Below are positions 1 to 11,279 of a DNA stretch of 25,484 nt, piece by piece. Position numbers and translations under genes: made by a program. A model generated the notes under the pieces. It did no database searches. It was not told the origin of the DNA and saw nothing but the letters and a program-made list of their open reading frames with translations. Position 1 is the stretch's first letter. Each line of letters opens with the position of its first letter. Source of the stretch: Octopus sinensis (Eukaryota); the NCBI RefSeq assembly GCF_006345805.1, contig NW_021836072.1:1-25484 (forward strand), given 5' to 3'.

Positions 1-100
1 GTCGTCGTACTCCCCTCCACTAAACCCCTATAGACTGCTTTGGTTGTGTTGAAGTCACTTAAGTCGACCCAGGACGGCAGAGTTGCTTGAGAGCAACGCG

Positions 101-170
<70 letters not shown>
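101..170. repeat. (AGAT)n microsatellite
   Basis: Perfect AGAT tetranucleotide run; it explains the YLSI-repeat ORF 59..484. Confidence 0.98.
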
Positions 171-537
171 GTAATCAACAGTGGCAGAGACACAAAAAAG
201 AAAATAATTCTGAAAGTGAAGCTGTTTGTATTCCATTCTTTAAAGTAAAAATTCAAATGAAATAACGCAACTTCTCTTTGTAATGTTTTTATAGGAAATC
301 TTATAAAGAATAAATAATTTACGAGCACATCTAAAAATGGCCGGTTATAGATACATATATACACACATATACACAGACATATATACACACACATATACAC
401 AGATATATAGGCATATATGAATTTATGTACCAACACACAGATATACAGACATACATAAACATATGTATGTATGTATGTATACATATATATATTTACATAT
501 AAAATATATACATGTTACATCATCTCCAAACCTTCCA

Positions 538-567
538 ATATATATATATATATATATATATATTATC

Positions 568-621
<54 letters not shown>

Positions 622-650
622 TATATATGCCTATTTATATATCTATATAT
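538..650. repeat. (TA)n microsatellite, imperfect
   Basis: Direct reading. Similar TA tracts occur at ~3180-3270, 3900-3975, 5672-5735, 7000-7150, 9122-9200, 12470-12790 and 19140-19190. Confidence 0.95.
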
Positions 651-1284
651 TTTGTAGGTATTTATTATATTTGTATGTTTGCATCAATATTCTGAGGAAA
701 AGAGGGACAGAAAGAGAGAAAATGAGTAAGAAAGAGAATATTTATAATAAAAAGCGACATTTTTGTCATTATTTTCCTTTTCGTTCTCAACTGAAATTTC
801 AAAGACGTTAGGGGAAAAAAACCCTGTTTTTTATTTTTTAATTCTTTTTCGCAAAATTATGTTTTCAAAATTGTATTATTGTATTTTGGAGGATTACATT
901 TGTTCTGAAAGTTTTACATTGTTTCTTGTCAAAGATTAAAGTATTTAGAATACAATGTATGGCGACTAGAAACCTAGTGAGTCTGCCTTCTCCTTTGTTC
1001 AACCTTGTGCACCCATCAGCTAAATATTATTACCTCAGCTTATACGCTACTGACTCGGAAATAAGAAGCAGCCATGTTCTTGATAAAAGCTCTATATATT
1101 TAGAGTCAATTCAGCTACTTTTAAAGACATTCCAGTCATGTCCATCCTATCTTATCTTAAGACAATATATCGCAGATCATATTATCAATTCTGTTGTCTA
1201 TCTGGTAAGATGTTATGGGGTGATTTTTGTGCAGATTTTACCTTTACTCCTAACAGACCAAATCTAGAACAGATTGTCATTATT

Positions 1285-1662
1285 GCTGTTCTTGCTGTTG
1301 CTGTTGCTGTTGAGCGAAGTGGTCTTCGGGAGAAGTCCGAAACGTTTTCCTTTGCTTTTCGTAAGACCCGCAGAAGAGAAAGCAGGTCAATCCCCGACAT
1401 CGAGAGCATCGACGGATGGATGGATGCGCATCCAGGCTCAGCGGTTGCGTAGGAAGTCGGGGATCAAGAAACAGGAAGAAAGAGTGAGAGAAAGTTGGAG
1501 CGAAAGAGTACAACAGGGGTCTTCACCACCCCCTGTCGGAGCATCGTGGAGCTTTAGGTGTTTTCGCTCAATAAACACACACAGCGCCCGGTCTGGGAAT
1601 CGAAACAGCGATCCTCCGACCGCGAGTCCGCTGCCCTAACCAGTGGGCCATTGCGCCTCCAC
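1285..1662 (-). mobile_element. tRNA-derived SINE (GTGGAGGCGCAATGGCC head; resembles octopus OR-type SINEs)
   Basis: Minus strand begins GTGGAGGCGCAATGGCCCACTGGTTAGGGCAGCGGACTCGCGGTCGGAGGATCGCTGTTTCGATTCC, with A-box and B-box-like motifs. It ends in a CAACAG/CAG-type simple tail near 1285-1312. The head is also seen at 10254-10324. Family name is from memory. Confidence 0.75.
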
Positions 1663-1672
1663 TACTGTTGTT

Positions 1673-1821
1673 GCTGGCGGAATGGTTAGCATGCCGGGTG
1701 AAATGATTAGCGGCATTTCATTCCTCCTTACGTTCTGCGTTCAAATTCTGCCGAGGTTGTCGTTGCCTTTCATCTTTTCAGGGTCGATTAAATAAGTTTC
1801 GATTGATTACTGGGGTCGATA
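1673..1821 (+). mobile_element. SINE copy (GCTGGCAGAA..GTTAGCACGCCGGG family), 3'-truncated
   Basis: Aligns by eye to the copies at 5456-5673 and 25084-25310: GTTAGCATGCCGGGTGAAATG...GTTCAAATTC...GCCTTTCATC...GGGTCGAT...CTGGGGTCGAT. Confidence 0.85.
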
Positions 1822-2125
1822 TGCGTGTGTGTGTGTATGAGTGTGGATATGTGTGTACGTATGAGTACGTACATACACATATATATTTGCGTGTGTGCAT
1901 GTACGTATACATGTTTGCGTGAGTATACACGTATGTAGACGTTCTGAGCGCAGGAGGTTTATGTCTATGTATTGTGAGAATATGGTTGCGTGTATATTCT
2001 ATCTTTTTCTGTTTTTCCTTTTCTTCCTATTAGAGTAACTTCCCTTTTATTCAATGGTATTTCATAGCCTCAGTTGCCATTAATAGCCGATGAGGATACA
2101 TCGTAGCTCTTCGATCCGATATTCG

Positions 2126-2267
2126 AAATGGAGAAAAGATGTTGAAACAGAAATAGATTTATTATAAAACTGGATTCGATGCAGACGTACGTTTCGAAAC
2201 GTTCGTATGCATTGTATCCAGTTTTATAATATATCTATATCTGATTCAAAATCATTTCTTCCCATTT
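2126..2267. repeat. Long imperfect palindrome (~70-bp arms, no loop)
   Basis: Symmetry centre TTTC|GAAA at 2195/2196. Perfect 16-bp arm pair 2160-2175 / 2216-2231 and perfect core ACGTTTCGAAACGT; pairing continues with scattered mismatches to ~2126/2267. Confidence 0.85.
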
Positions 2268-3903
2268 GTCCAGCCCAGGGTTATAATAGAGTACACTTAG
2301 CCAAAGTACCACAAGTACCTGGTTCGGAAAAAATAATCAGTAATCCGGAACGGTTCTGGAAACAAAGGTTCCGAAATAATCCAAGTTGTACCCGAAGAGA
2401 TATAATTCTCATATTTTAAACGATGAGATATGATTTGGTGAAGATTCGTTTGTTATTTCTAGCATTTCAATCAACCACATTGAGAGTCTATCCTTTAGTT
2501 CGTTCCATTGGCCGTGTATTTCTCGAGGTGTAAGACTTAATAGAGCCGACTTGAGAATTCACATGAAGTCAGACAGACGCTAACATATTTACGTAAATGT
2601 GTTATTAATTTACCTTAGCGAAATGGCTTAAGACATTGAAACAGCAACAGCAGTAGTAGTAGTGGTAGTAGTAGGTGTTGTTGTTGTGGGTGTAGTAGTA
2701 GTTGTAGGTGTTGTTATCGTTGTTGCTGTTATTATTGTAGTAGTGGCGGTGGTGTCCGTATGATGTTTGTGATATCATTATATGTCATATGTGTGAGTGT
2801 GTATGTGAGTGTGTGTGTGGGTGTGTGTGTATGTGTGCCAGGTGTCGGCATGTGTGAGTGTATGTGTGTGGATGCGAGCGCGCGTGTATGTGTGTGTGAT
2901 GTGTGTGAGTGTGTGTGAGTGTGTGTGCGTGCATGTATCTAGCTAGCTAACGAGATAGATAAAATTTATATATGTATGCATGCGCATATACACATGCAAA
3001 CATGTCTATACACACATGCACACACGCACACAAACACGGACGCACACACACACATACAGACACATATATATATATACATTGGTAGATATATATAAATATA
3101 TATACATAGTTTTATAGAGAAGTAGATAGATAGAAATATAGATAGATACATATAGATATACATATAATATATATATACATACATATATATATATATATGT
3201 GCATATGTATATATATATATATATACATATATATACATATACATAAATATATATATATATATATATATAAATGCTAGTTATGTGCATATATATCTGTACA
3301 CATACATATATTCTACCTTCGGGGATAATTTATAGACGAGTCGAGAAGAAAATTTAATTTGCGCTAATATATCACCAACACCGTGCTGTTTACACCACGA
3401 TAATGTCATACCACCTGAGAACAACTGTAAATATCTTTTGGGCTGAAGAGTAAGCTGTAATTTCCATAAGCAATATAAACTCAACGTGGAATGGTTTTAT
3501 AATGAGACATGTGGTAGGAAGCAGGTAAGAATGAGGTGGTGCCAGTGAGGTGTTGTTGGCGATGGTGGTGAAAGTGATGCAAGGAAAGTCAAAAATTGTA
3601 TAAATTTCAAAAAATAAAAAGGGAGCTGGTGAAGGAGTATGAGTGTGTAGGTGTGTAAGAAAAGGGGAGAAAGATAAAGAAAAAGAGAGACAGAGAAAGT
3701 GGGAGAGAGGGGGGGGGGTTGAGGGGGCAAGAAACAATATTGTTAAAAACTTATTGATTTATTCACAAGAATTAACAACTGGGAGCAATCGTTTCCCTTT
3801 ATTCTGACAACTAATACTGACAAAAATAGCTAATTATATTTGCAATGTTTAGCTGAGAAAAATACTACATATACATACACACACCCGGGAGTGTATATAT
3901 ATG

Positions 3904-3949
<46 letters not shown>

Positions 3950-4144
3950 ATATTATATTATTATATATATATTTGTGTGTGTCCTATTATATATATGCAT
4001 ATATATGTATGCATGTTTATTGTCTGATTGAATTGTTTTCCGTGGAAACAACCAACGAGTATCGTTACGATTTTATTTTACAAGATGGATGTTGTAGCGA
4101 ACAGAACTTTCTTGCGAAATAAAACTTGATGCTCGTTGTATGAT

Positions 4145-4152
4145 CATTATTA

Positions 4153-4206
<54 letters not shown>

Positions 4207-4207
4207 T

Positions 4208-4239
<32 letters not shown>

Positions 4240-4269
4240 CGTCGTCGTCGTCGTCGTCATCATCATCAT
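4145..4269. repeat. Compound trinucleotide microsatellite (ATT)n-(GTT)n-(GTC)n-(ATC)n
   Basis: Direct reading. Confidence 0.95.
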
Positions 4270-4270
4270 A

Positions 4271-4483
4271 AGGTGGTGAACTGGCAAGATCGTTAAGCAC
4301 GCCGGGCGAAATGCCTGACGGTATTTCGTTAGTATTTCCATTCTGAGTTTAAATTCCGCCAAGGTGAACTTTGTCTTTTTTCCTTTCGGGGTGGTTGAAT
4401 TAAGTACCAATTACGAACTAGGGTCGATGCAATCGACTATTCTCCTTCCTCAAATTTCAGGCCTTGTGCCAATAGTAGAAAGG

Positions 4484-4484
<1 letters not shown>
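4271..4484 (+). mobile_element. Diverged full-length SINE (AAGGTGGTGAACTGGCA head) with (ATT)n tail
   Basis: A-box-like TGGCAAGATCGTTAAGC, B-box-like GAGTTTAAATTCC and central CCTTTCGGGG..AATTAAGTACCA; homologous to the other copies in the window. Confidence 0.8.
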
Positions 4485-4531
<47 letters not shown>

Positions 4532-4990
4532 GAGTGAGAGAGCAGTGCATGCCATCAAAGTGACACTGGGGTAAAATATACGAAGCCCAATATACCCATC
4601 ATGACTACCCGTCTGATAAAGGTACACCAGGCACATGCATCACAACTATATGTACGCGACATGGTGATCTCATATCAAGAAAACAGCACATGACCTTGCA
4701 GGTGGGGCCCAGTTAGAATTTTCTTCAGGTTGAGTAGCCCCATCCCACTCAACCGGTCCCTGAATTAGGGTTGCTTAAGGATGTTGAAAGAACCACCCAT
4801 GTTTCAGAGGTGAACTATTCAAACCCCAAAGAATCCCTCTCAACACATGGCTATGATGCTCCCCCACTACTTCTGCTCGTGATCAGAGATGCACATATCG
4901 TCAGCCACTAAGGACATGCTCAACTGGTTAAGTCACACCTGACAAGCAAATCTGTGGTATTGAGCAGAATAATTTGCTGTAGCCCATCTT
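4532..4990 (-). mobile_element. ~460-bp interspersed repeat (SINE-like or LINE 3' end) embedded in (ATT)n
   Basis: Complex sequence bracketed on both sides by (ATT)n. The minus strand ends ...CAGACGGGTAGTCATGATGGGTATA...CTCTCTCACTC-(AAT)n. I recall it as an abundant octopus repeat; it is single-copy in this window. Confidence 0.55.
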
Positions 4991-5028
4991 TTTTATTATT
5001 ATTATTATTATTATTATCATTAGTAGTA

Positions 5029-5103
<75 letters not shown>

Positions 5104-5104
<1 letters not shown>

Positions 5105-5212
5105 AGGTGGCGAGCTGACAGAACCGTTAGCATGCAGGAAAAATTGCCCAGTGATATTTCGTCTGTATTTACGTTCTAAGTTCAAATTCGGGTTTGACTT
5201 TTCCTGTCATCT
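5104..5212 (+). mobile_element. SINE 5' fragment
   Basis: AAGGTGGCGAGCTGACAGAACCGTTAGCA...TATTTCGTCTG...AGTTCAAATTC, placed directly after (AGT)n. Confidence 0.75.
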
Positions 5213-5248
5213 TACCCACCAAAACTGCTGGTCTTGAGCCAAAATTTG

Positions 5249-5398
5249 GTCTGGCGAGATGGAAGAATCGTTAAGACAGCGGCCAAAATATTTTGCGGAA
5301 TTCTATCTATTTTTTTTTTTTGTTTACATCTTGTGTTCAAATTACTCCGAGGTCTCCTTTCGTTCATCCACTCGATATAGACAAAATAAAGTTCCAAA
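5249..5398 (+). mobile_element. Highly degenerate SINE copy
   Basis: GGCGAGATGGAAGAATCGTTAAGAC...GTGTTCAAATTACTCCGAGGTC...TTCATCC remnants. Confidence 0.45.
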
Positions 5399-5400
5399 CA

Positions 5401-5444
<44 letters not shown>

Positions 5445-5455
5445 CACACATACAT

Positions 5456-5668
5456 GAAACGTTAGCACGTCGGGCGAAATGCGTAGCCGTATTTCGTCTG
5501 CCGTTAAGTGTTCTGGGTTAAAATTCCGCCGAGGTCGACTTTGCCTTTCATCCTTTCGGGGTCGATAAATTAAGTACCAGTTACGCACTGGGGTCGATGT
5601 AATCGACTTAATCCCTTTGTCTGTCCTTGTTTGTCCCCTCTATGTTTAGCCCCTTGTGGGTAGTAAAG

Positions 5669-5673
<5 letters not shown>
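5456..5673 (+). mobile_element. SINE copy, near full length
   Basis: Near-identical to 25084-25310: AACGTTAGCACGTCGGGCGAAATGCGTAGCCG...GCCTTTCATCCTTTCGGGGTCGATAAATTAAGTACCAG...GTGGGTAGTAAAGAAATA. The central block resembles, from memory, the conserved Meta-type SINE domain. Confidence 0.9.
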
Positions 5674-5714
<41 letters not shown>

Positions 5715-5969
5715 CTATATATATATATATATATATCCAGGAGAGAGAGAATATTTATATTTATAGATGTGTTCGTTTGCGAGTGTGTATAACTAGATAT
5801 GTTTCTTTTCCCTTTTATGTTTATCTGTATATAGATTTTCTATAGATTTCCGAGCTAGCACTGCAAGTTATGACATATACTAAACGAATATGTTTATATA
5901 TATATAATATATATATCTATATATATATATATATATATAATGCAATCGAAAATAGAAAAGTCAGTAACG

Positions 5970-6014
5970 GGTGTATATACATATTTCGAGATTTTTTGCT
6001 CTTTCATCAGCACC
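5970..6014 (-). ncRNA. Candidate type I hammerhead ribozyme (canonical core)
   Basis: Minus strand GGTG-CTGATGA-AA-GAG-CAAAAAAT-CTC-GAAA-TA-TGTA-TA-T-A-CACC. Stem I GGTG/CACC, stem II GAG/CTC, short stem III, AUA cleavage triplet. The two extra A after the core are atypical. Confidence 0.45.
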
Positions 6015-7044
6015 ATATCAACATCACATCTTAATGTTTGTTGCGTCCAACTCGCTGTATGTGTTAGCAGTTACACCTCACACAACTGAAAGCCATGTGT
6101 TGTCACTTATGTTCTGTAACTTAGGAGTTTCACTGATACACTCATTTAATTAATACGGGGATTATAGAAAAACAAGGCACTGGTAACGAAACGATCCTTT
6201 TACCCTTCAATCCATTTCTCCAACATGGCCACATCACAACGACTCGAGCAATAAAACACAGAAAAAGACGCTAAAATAGTATAATACTTGAATGAAAATT
6301 TATTGCCTCTATCAGAGAAGACTTCATTTTGTTTATGTTAGACATACGGTAAAATAATTTTGTATGAAGATATTTATATTTTCAGACGAGACTATTTAAT
6401 TCTATATTTTTAGTTTATGGAAATATTCTCATTTTAAAAATAATATGAAATAAACATAAAATTAATATTAATCCAACAGAATTGCATAAAGTTTTATACA
6501 AAAAATTGTTCTTCATACATACATACACACGTACGTACATACATATATGTCTCGTCTGTGTATAGGTAGATTCTAAGGCACATCATGTATGTATATATGA
6601 ATGTAAGTATGCAGTTAGTGAATACAATGATTTAGTTACTTAATATTATGATTATTCCTTAAGAAAATAACACACTTCAATATATTACAGTGTATTAAAT
6701 AGAATATTGGTATTTTTAAACTTACAAATACTTTATTAAATTCAAAACATTCCTTACAAATATATACAAAATTTTATCTGTGTGCACATCTACATACATA
6801 CGCACACATACACACACAACTAATATGTATACATATAAATATACATATACATATGTGTGTGTGTGTTTATGTATGTATGCATGTATATGCATTCGATCGT
6901 GATAAGCCAATTGTCAGGCTAATCTTGAGTAGACCGTCATTTTTGACATAATGTTTATGCCTATAAAATATGTACGTATGTTGTATGTGTTTGTACATAC
7001 ATATATATATATCTATATATATATATATTATTACTTATATATAT

Positions 7045-7096
<52 letters not shown>

Positions 7097-8914
7097 ACAT
7101 AAGTATATATATGTGTATATATACATATATATTTATACATATATATATATTTACTTATTTATTATTTATATTCATATGCAGAGAGAAAGAGAGAGAGTAT
7201 GTGTTGTTGGTAAGTTGTGTTTGCAAAAACGTGGTTTCACTTTCAATCCTACTAAGAAGCACTTAAATGACTTCTGTAATTGCTCTGGGCCGATTACAAC
7301 CTTGTGAGTAAATTTATGATTCGTATACTCTGGAGACGCCCCTATTTTGTATGTATGTATGTGAGTGTGTGTGCACGTGTGATCATGTGTGTGTGCGCGT
7401 GTGATCATGTGTGTGTGTTTCTGTGTGTCTGTGTGTCTGCGTCAGGGACTCCGTGTATGTGTGTTCGCGCGCGCGCCTGTGTCTGTATCTCTCTGTGATT
7501 TGATCTCCACCGCTTTACAGTTCTTAGTTTCTTTACTTCCACGAAATGCCGCCGTTCGGTAAAAAAGATCGTCAGAACTAGACTTAAGAAAAGGAGTTCT
7601 CTGTTGTACATGATGAGACAAATTCATCACAGCCTTTGTTTCTCATGTCAATAAACGATCCCCAATTTCTGAAACTGGTTGGAATTATAAAGACGCAACC
7701 CGAGCCGTTCTCAGCCAGAAATAAGTATGAGAAATTTGAATTCACCCAAAATGTCTTACAACAAATGGTGTTTTAATTCACATTTCATGAAATTTCAATC
7801 TAATTATGACACCTGACAGCATACCACATTTCCCTCGTGATTGCTGGGGAAGCACAAATTTGTCTTATTTATTCCTGGTTGATAACATTTATGGTAGAAT
7901 CTCTCTGAAAGCAAACAGTTTTCAGAAACACAATCGTGTCCCGGTAAAATAAGTTGTTTATTAATAAAGATATACCCCAAGAATGTTATTTTTCTGTAAT
8001 TGTTACTATATCTATTATATTATATTAAGTTATATCGTCCCCACACCTACTTTAAGGGGAATTCTAATGTATTTCTACTTAAAGATGTATCGCTTGTGTA
8101 TTTTAAGAGATATTTATATTAATAGCTCTGAATACAACTAAAACTGTATAAGCTGATATACACTGCGGCAGTTATTCTTCGTACAAATATAGGAATATAT
8201 AAGAATCTCCAATTCTGTGATGTTTCAAAATAATACACTGAAAAGAAAGCAAAAAATATATAATACGTAATATAATATAATACATATATGATATGAATAA
8301 CGAAAGAATACAATTATTTTTTAAAACTTTGATGTACATTATATTTATTTTCATATCGACCAAAGTAACTGTATATAAGATCTGCTAAAAGAAGACGTAA
8401 AAGCAAAGTGCAAACGCCAAATTCTATTTCCAGTTAAAGAAATCTAAAAGCAGATAAAACTCTACATTCGCAATGTACAATATAATCTGTGTTGAAAGAA
8501 AGAAGTAGGTGAGTGATATTGATATTGAGCTGAAAGCAAGAGAAGTTCTTGGTGCTGCTGTTACTCTGGTGTATAAATATGTAAGGGGGAGCGAAACTGT
8601 GGTAACATACAATTACTGTGCGCATCCTTGTGTTTTTGTATTTGTATGTTTATACCTTGCGGATTACGTGTGTGTGTCTCTGTGTGTGTGGGTGTTATAG
8701 ATAGACAGAGAAGTTAGATAAATAGATAGATAGGTAGAGAGGTAGGTCGATAGACATACGTAAATATATATTTATGACGGTGCGTGGAGAGAGCGAGAGA
8801 CACCTACACACACAGAGTGACAAACAGACAGACAGATAGTGTGATACAAATAAACATATAAGACTGCTTGGGTTAGATATACGTAATATATATATATATA
8901 TATATTTATATATA

Positions 8915-9121
8915 GTTAATCCAAACAAGAAAGCACAAAAAAACACAACAACGCGAGGACGTGGAACAAATATAGTATTATTGAACGCTCAGTAAAGAAG
9001 GAAAGAAGGAGGGTTTAACGTTTCGAGCGGAGCTCTTCGTCGGAAACATAGGAGAAGGAAAGATCAGAGAAGGGAAGACAGAGGAAAAAGAATCGCCAAC
9101 GCGTCACATTTGAATGCAGTG
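8915..9121 (-). mobile_element. Short PLE-derived element (solo pLTR 3' end) in (TA)n
   Basis: Bracketed by (TA)n. Shares GTGGAA..ACAAA..GTATTA..CGCTCAG..TTTAACGTTTCGAGC with the pLTR at 12791-12930. Confidence 0.7.
9013..9047 (-). ncRNA. Minimal type I hammerhead ribozyme, CCGACGA core variant
   Basis: Minus strand GTTT-CCGACGA-A-GAGC-TCC-GCTC-GAAA-CG-TT-AAAC. Stems I and II pair; stem III is the palindromic ACGU. Confidence 0.75.
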
Positions 9122-9190
<69 letters not shown>

Positions 9191-9400
9191 CTATATATAC
9201 GTGTATAAAATGTAATAGAAAAAAATCAGCGACTGAAATTTTTCAGCTGATGAAGATTCTCGAATAAGCATATAGATATTTGTATATCAACAGAGCAAAC
9301 TTACACAAACTACAAAAGACACAGGAAAATAAAGAGAAGGGATGGTGTTACAGGAGGTCCGACGGCCGTTTCTGAACGCTCGGGATTACGCAGATGAGTT

Positions 9401-9605
9401 AGGAGTGGCTGTGTGGTAACTTGCTGTTTCCAGGTTCAGTCCCACTGCGTGGCACCTTGAGCAACTGTCTTCTACTATAGCCTCGGGCCGACCAAATCCT
9501 TTTGAGTGGATGTGGTAGGCGGATGTGTGTGCGTGTGTGTGTGTTTGTGTGTCTGTGTTTGTCTCCGCCCCAGCATCTCTTGACAACCGATGGTGGTGTG
9601 TTTAC
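9401..9605 (+). mobile_element. tRNA-derived SINE (AGGAGTGGCTGTGTGGTAA family), internally deleted and 3'-truncated
   Basis: A-box TGGCTGTGTGG, B-box-like GGTTCAGTCCC, GGCACCTTGAGCAACTGTCTTCTACTATAGCCTCGGGCCGACC block, internal (TG)n, then GACAACCGATGGTGGTGTGTTTAC. Confidence 0.8.
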
Positions 9606-9639
9606 TGGATATTGATGGCGATGTTGAGATCTATGCAGT

Positions 9640-10240
9640 GGCGCCTCGTTCAGCTGTTTCCGTAACTTCCAAAGACAAACTCTGGTAAAGTCGTTCCAGG
9701 ATTTTCCGCATGAATATCACTGCATATATTTCCCGCCACATTCTAGGTACTAGAGTCTTGTGAGCAATGACCTGTGCGGCTCTGGACATGTCCTCCAGAG
9801 GACCATCATGGTTACCTGTTCTATCGTTCTGAAATTTCGAAGGATCAATACGACCAGCCACCTGCATTTTATTGCCAACATAATAACATGCTCTTGAAAA
9901 GATGCCTCATTGCTCATGTCAATGCCCGGGTCTAGTAGTGATTTTTGATTCAGGGATTGCGACTCCTCCTGCTCCAATGTATCGTGTCTGAATTTCATTT
10001 AAATTTATGAGCTGGTAGTGCCGAGTTGGAAAATTTGCAGCATTAAACTATATGTTATTGTCCTCGGCCCACCTCTATACTGCGTCCAATTTTTATTGAA
10101 CATACGCAATATATCTCTGAGAGACTTGTATGTCATTTGGATAGCTAGCAAGGCTGGTTACATGAGCAGCAGAGGGCATGTGAGAGAGTGCCACTATGAA
10201 TACCAGTGGCTCGAAGACTGTGTGGAACATCACTCACTAT
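9640..10240 (-). pseudogene. Decayed non-LTR retrotransposon RT fragment (CR1/L2/Jockey group)
   Basis: Manual minus-strand translation across frameshifts and stops gives SDVPHS.EPLVFIVAL (SGVPQG.VLGPLLF), LASYPND (YADD), LDAV*RWAEDNNI*FNA, GIDMSNEASFQEH..ILRNFRT..TMMVLWRT and REIYAVIFMRKILE. Confidence 0.8.
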
Positions 10241-10253
10241 TTGTATTTCCTTA

Positions 10254-10324
10254 GGTGTGGTTTCGAACCCGCGATCCCACTACCGCGAGTCTGCTGCTCT
10301 AACCACTAGGCCATCTGCCTCCAC
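10254..10324 (-). mobile_element. Isolated tRNA-like SINE head
   Basis: GTGGAGGCAGATGGCCTAGTGGTTAGAGCAGCAGACTCGCGGTAGTGGGATCGCGGGTTCGAAACC, homologous to the head at 1585-1662. No acceptor stem. Confidence 0.75.
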
Positions 10325-10344
10325 ACACACACAACACACACACA

Positions 10345-10428
<84 letters not shown>

Positions 10429-11049
10429 ATTCATATATAGTTTTCCTTCAGTTCGTCATACATTTTCAATGATTTTCCATACAGTTACCGTCCTAAAAAT
10501 TTTTTCAAATACTTTGGTACATTAGGGGATATGACACGATGGAACCTGATACCATCTACTTTCACTTTCAAATCAAACGTCTTAATCACGTGACCAAGGC
10601 GTCTCTTACGATTAATTATTAGCTGCGCAAATCATCACTAGTTCGCGTCTGAAACTTGCAATCTGCTATTAACAGCTGAACTTCATTTGCAAGCGAGTAA
10701 TTAAGGTTTATCATCGCTTATTATTGACAAGCATTCAATAAGCGCTAACTACTACAATTAATTAAAACCACACCGTTCTAATTAAGACTAATTACCGGTC
10801 CTCATAAATTATTAGTGAAAGAAAGCATTTAATTTGCTAGTTGAGGGTTCACACAAATGATTTAAAATTGTGAAATTGTTTAATAAAGGAACCAACGAGA
10901 ATGTATCTACACAGTAACTCAACCTCGTAAAAATAGGAGTCAAATCTCTCTTAAATTATACCGCATTGCTTTGAAAACAAAATCCGGGTATATTGTAGAA
11001 TATGTGTCCACAGCGATAGTATAGAGCGATATCTTTCTTTTTTTTATAC

Positions 11050-11252
11050 TTTGCTTGTTTTAATCTTTGGAATGCGGCCATTCTGGGTCGACACCTGGAA
11101 TGGTTTTAGTCGAACAAATCGTCCGGTTTAGTTTTGTATTTATTTTATCGGCTACTTTTGCTGATCCACTATGCTACGAGATCGTAAATGAACAAACACC
11201 AAAACCAATTGTCACGGGATGTGGAGAAACAAGTACAGACACGAAGACACAG
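11050..11252 (-). mobile_element. Diverged 3' half of the SINE family seen at 9401
   Basis: Plus strand TGCGGCCATTCTGG..TTTAGTCGAACAAATCG..TTTTATCGG..CGTAAA..CACC..TTGTCA matches the reverse complement of the family 3' part as I recall it, and overlaps the GACAAC..GGTGTGTTTAC block of 9401-9605. Confidence 0.6.
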
Positions 11253-11279
11253 AATATATATATATATATATACATACAT

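Noticed and set aside
59-811. ORFs rich in YI/YLSI/CV/HT repeats here and across the window (e.g. 2966-3287, 6951-7307, 18571-19042, 21224-21794, 22694-23347)
   Set aside because: They are translations of microsatellites that lack stops in some frames; no protein features.
926-1639. ORFs of 104-121 aa with normal-looking composition
   Set aside because: No recognisable domain; they largely overlap the antisense of a SINE.
2086-2130. CCGATGAG..GATATTCGAAA hammerhead-like motif
   Set aside because: No convincing stem III, NUH triplet or stem I partner.
9247-9268. CTGATGAAGATTCTCGAATAAG hammerhead-like motif
   Set aside because: GAAT instead of GAAA, a 2-bp stem II and no stem I pairing.
10254-10324. 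Possible tRNA gene
   Set aside because: The acceptor stem does not pair, and it matches the SINE head at 1585-1662.
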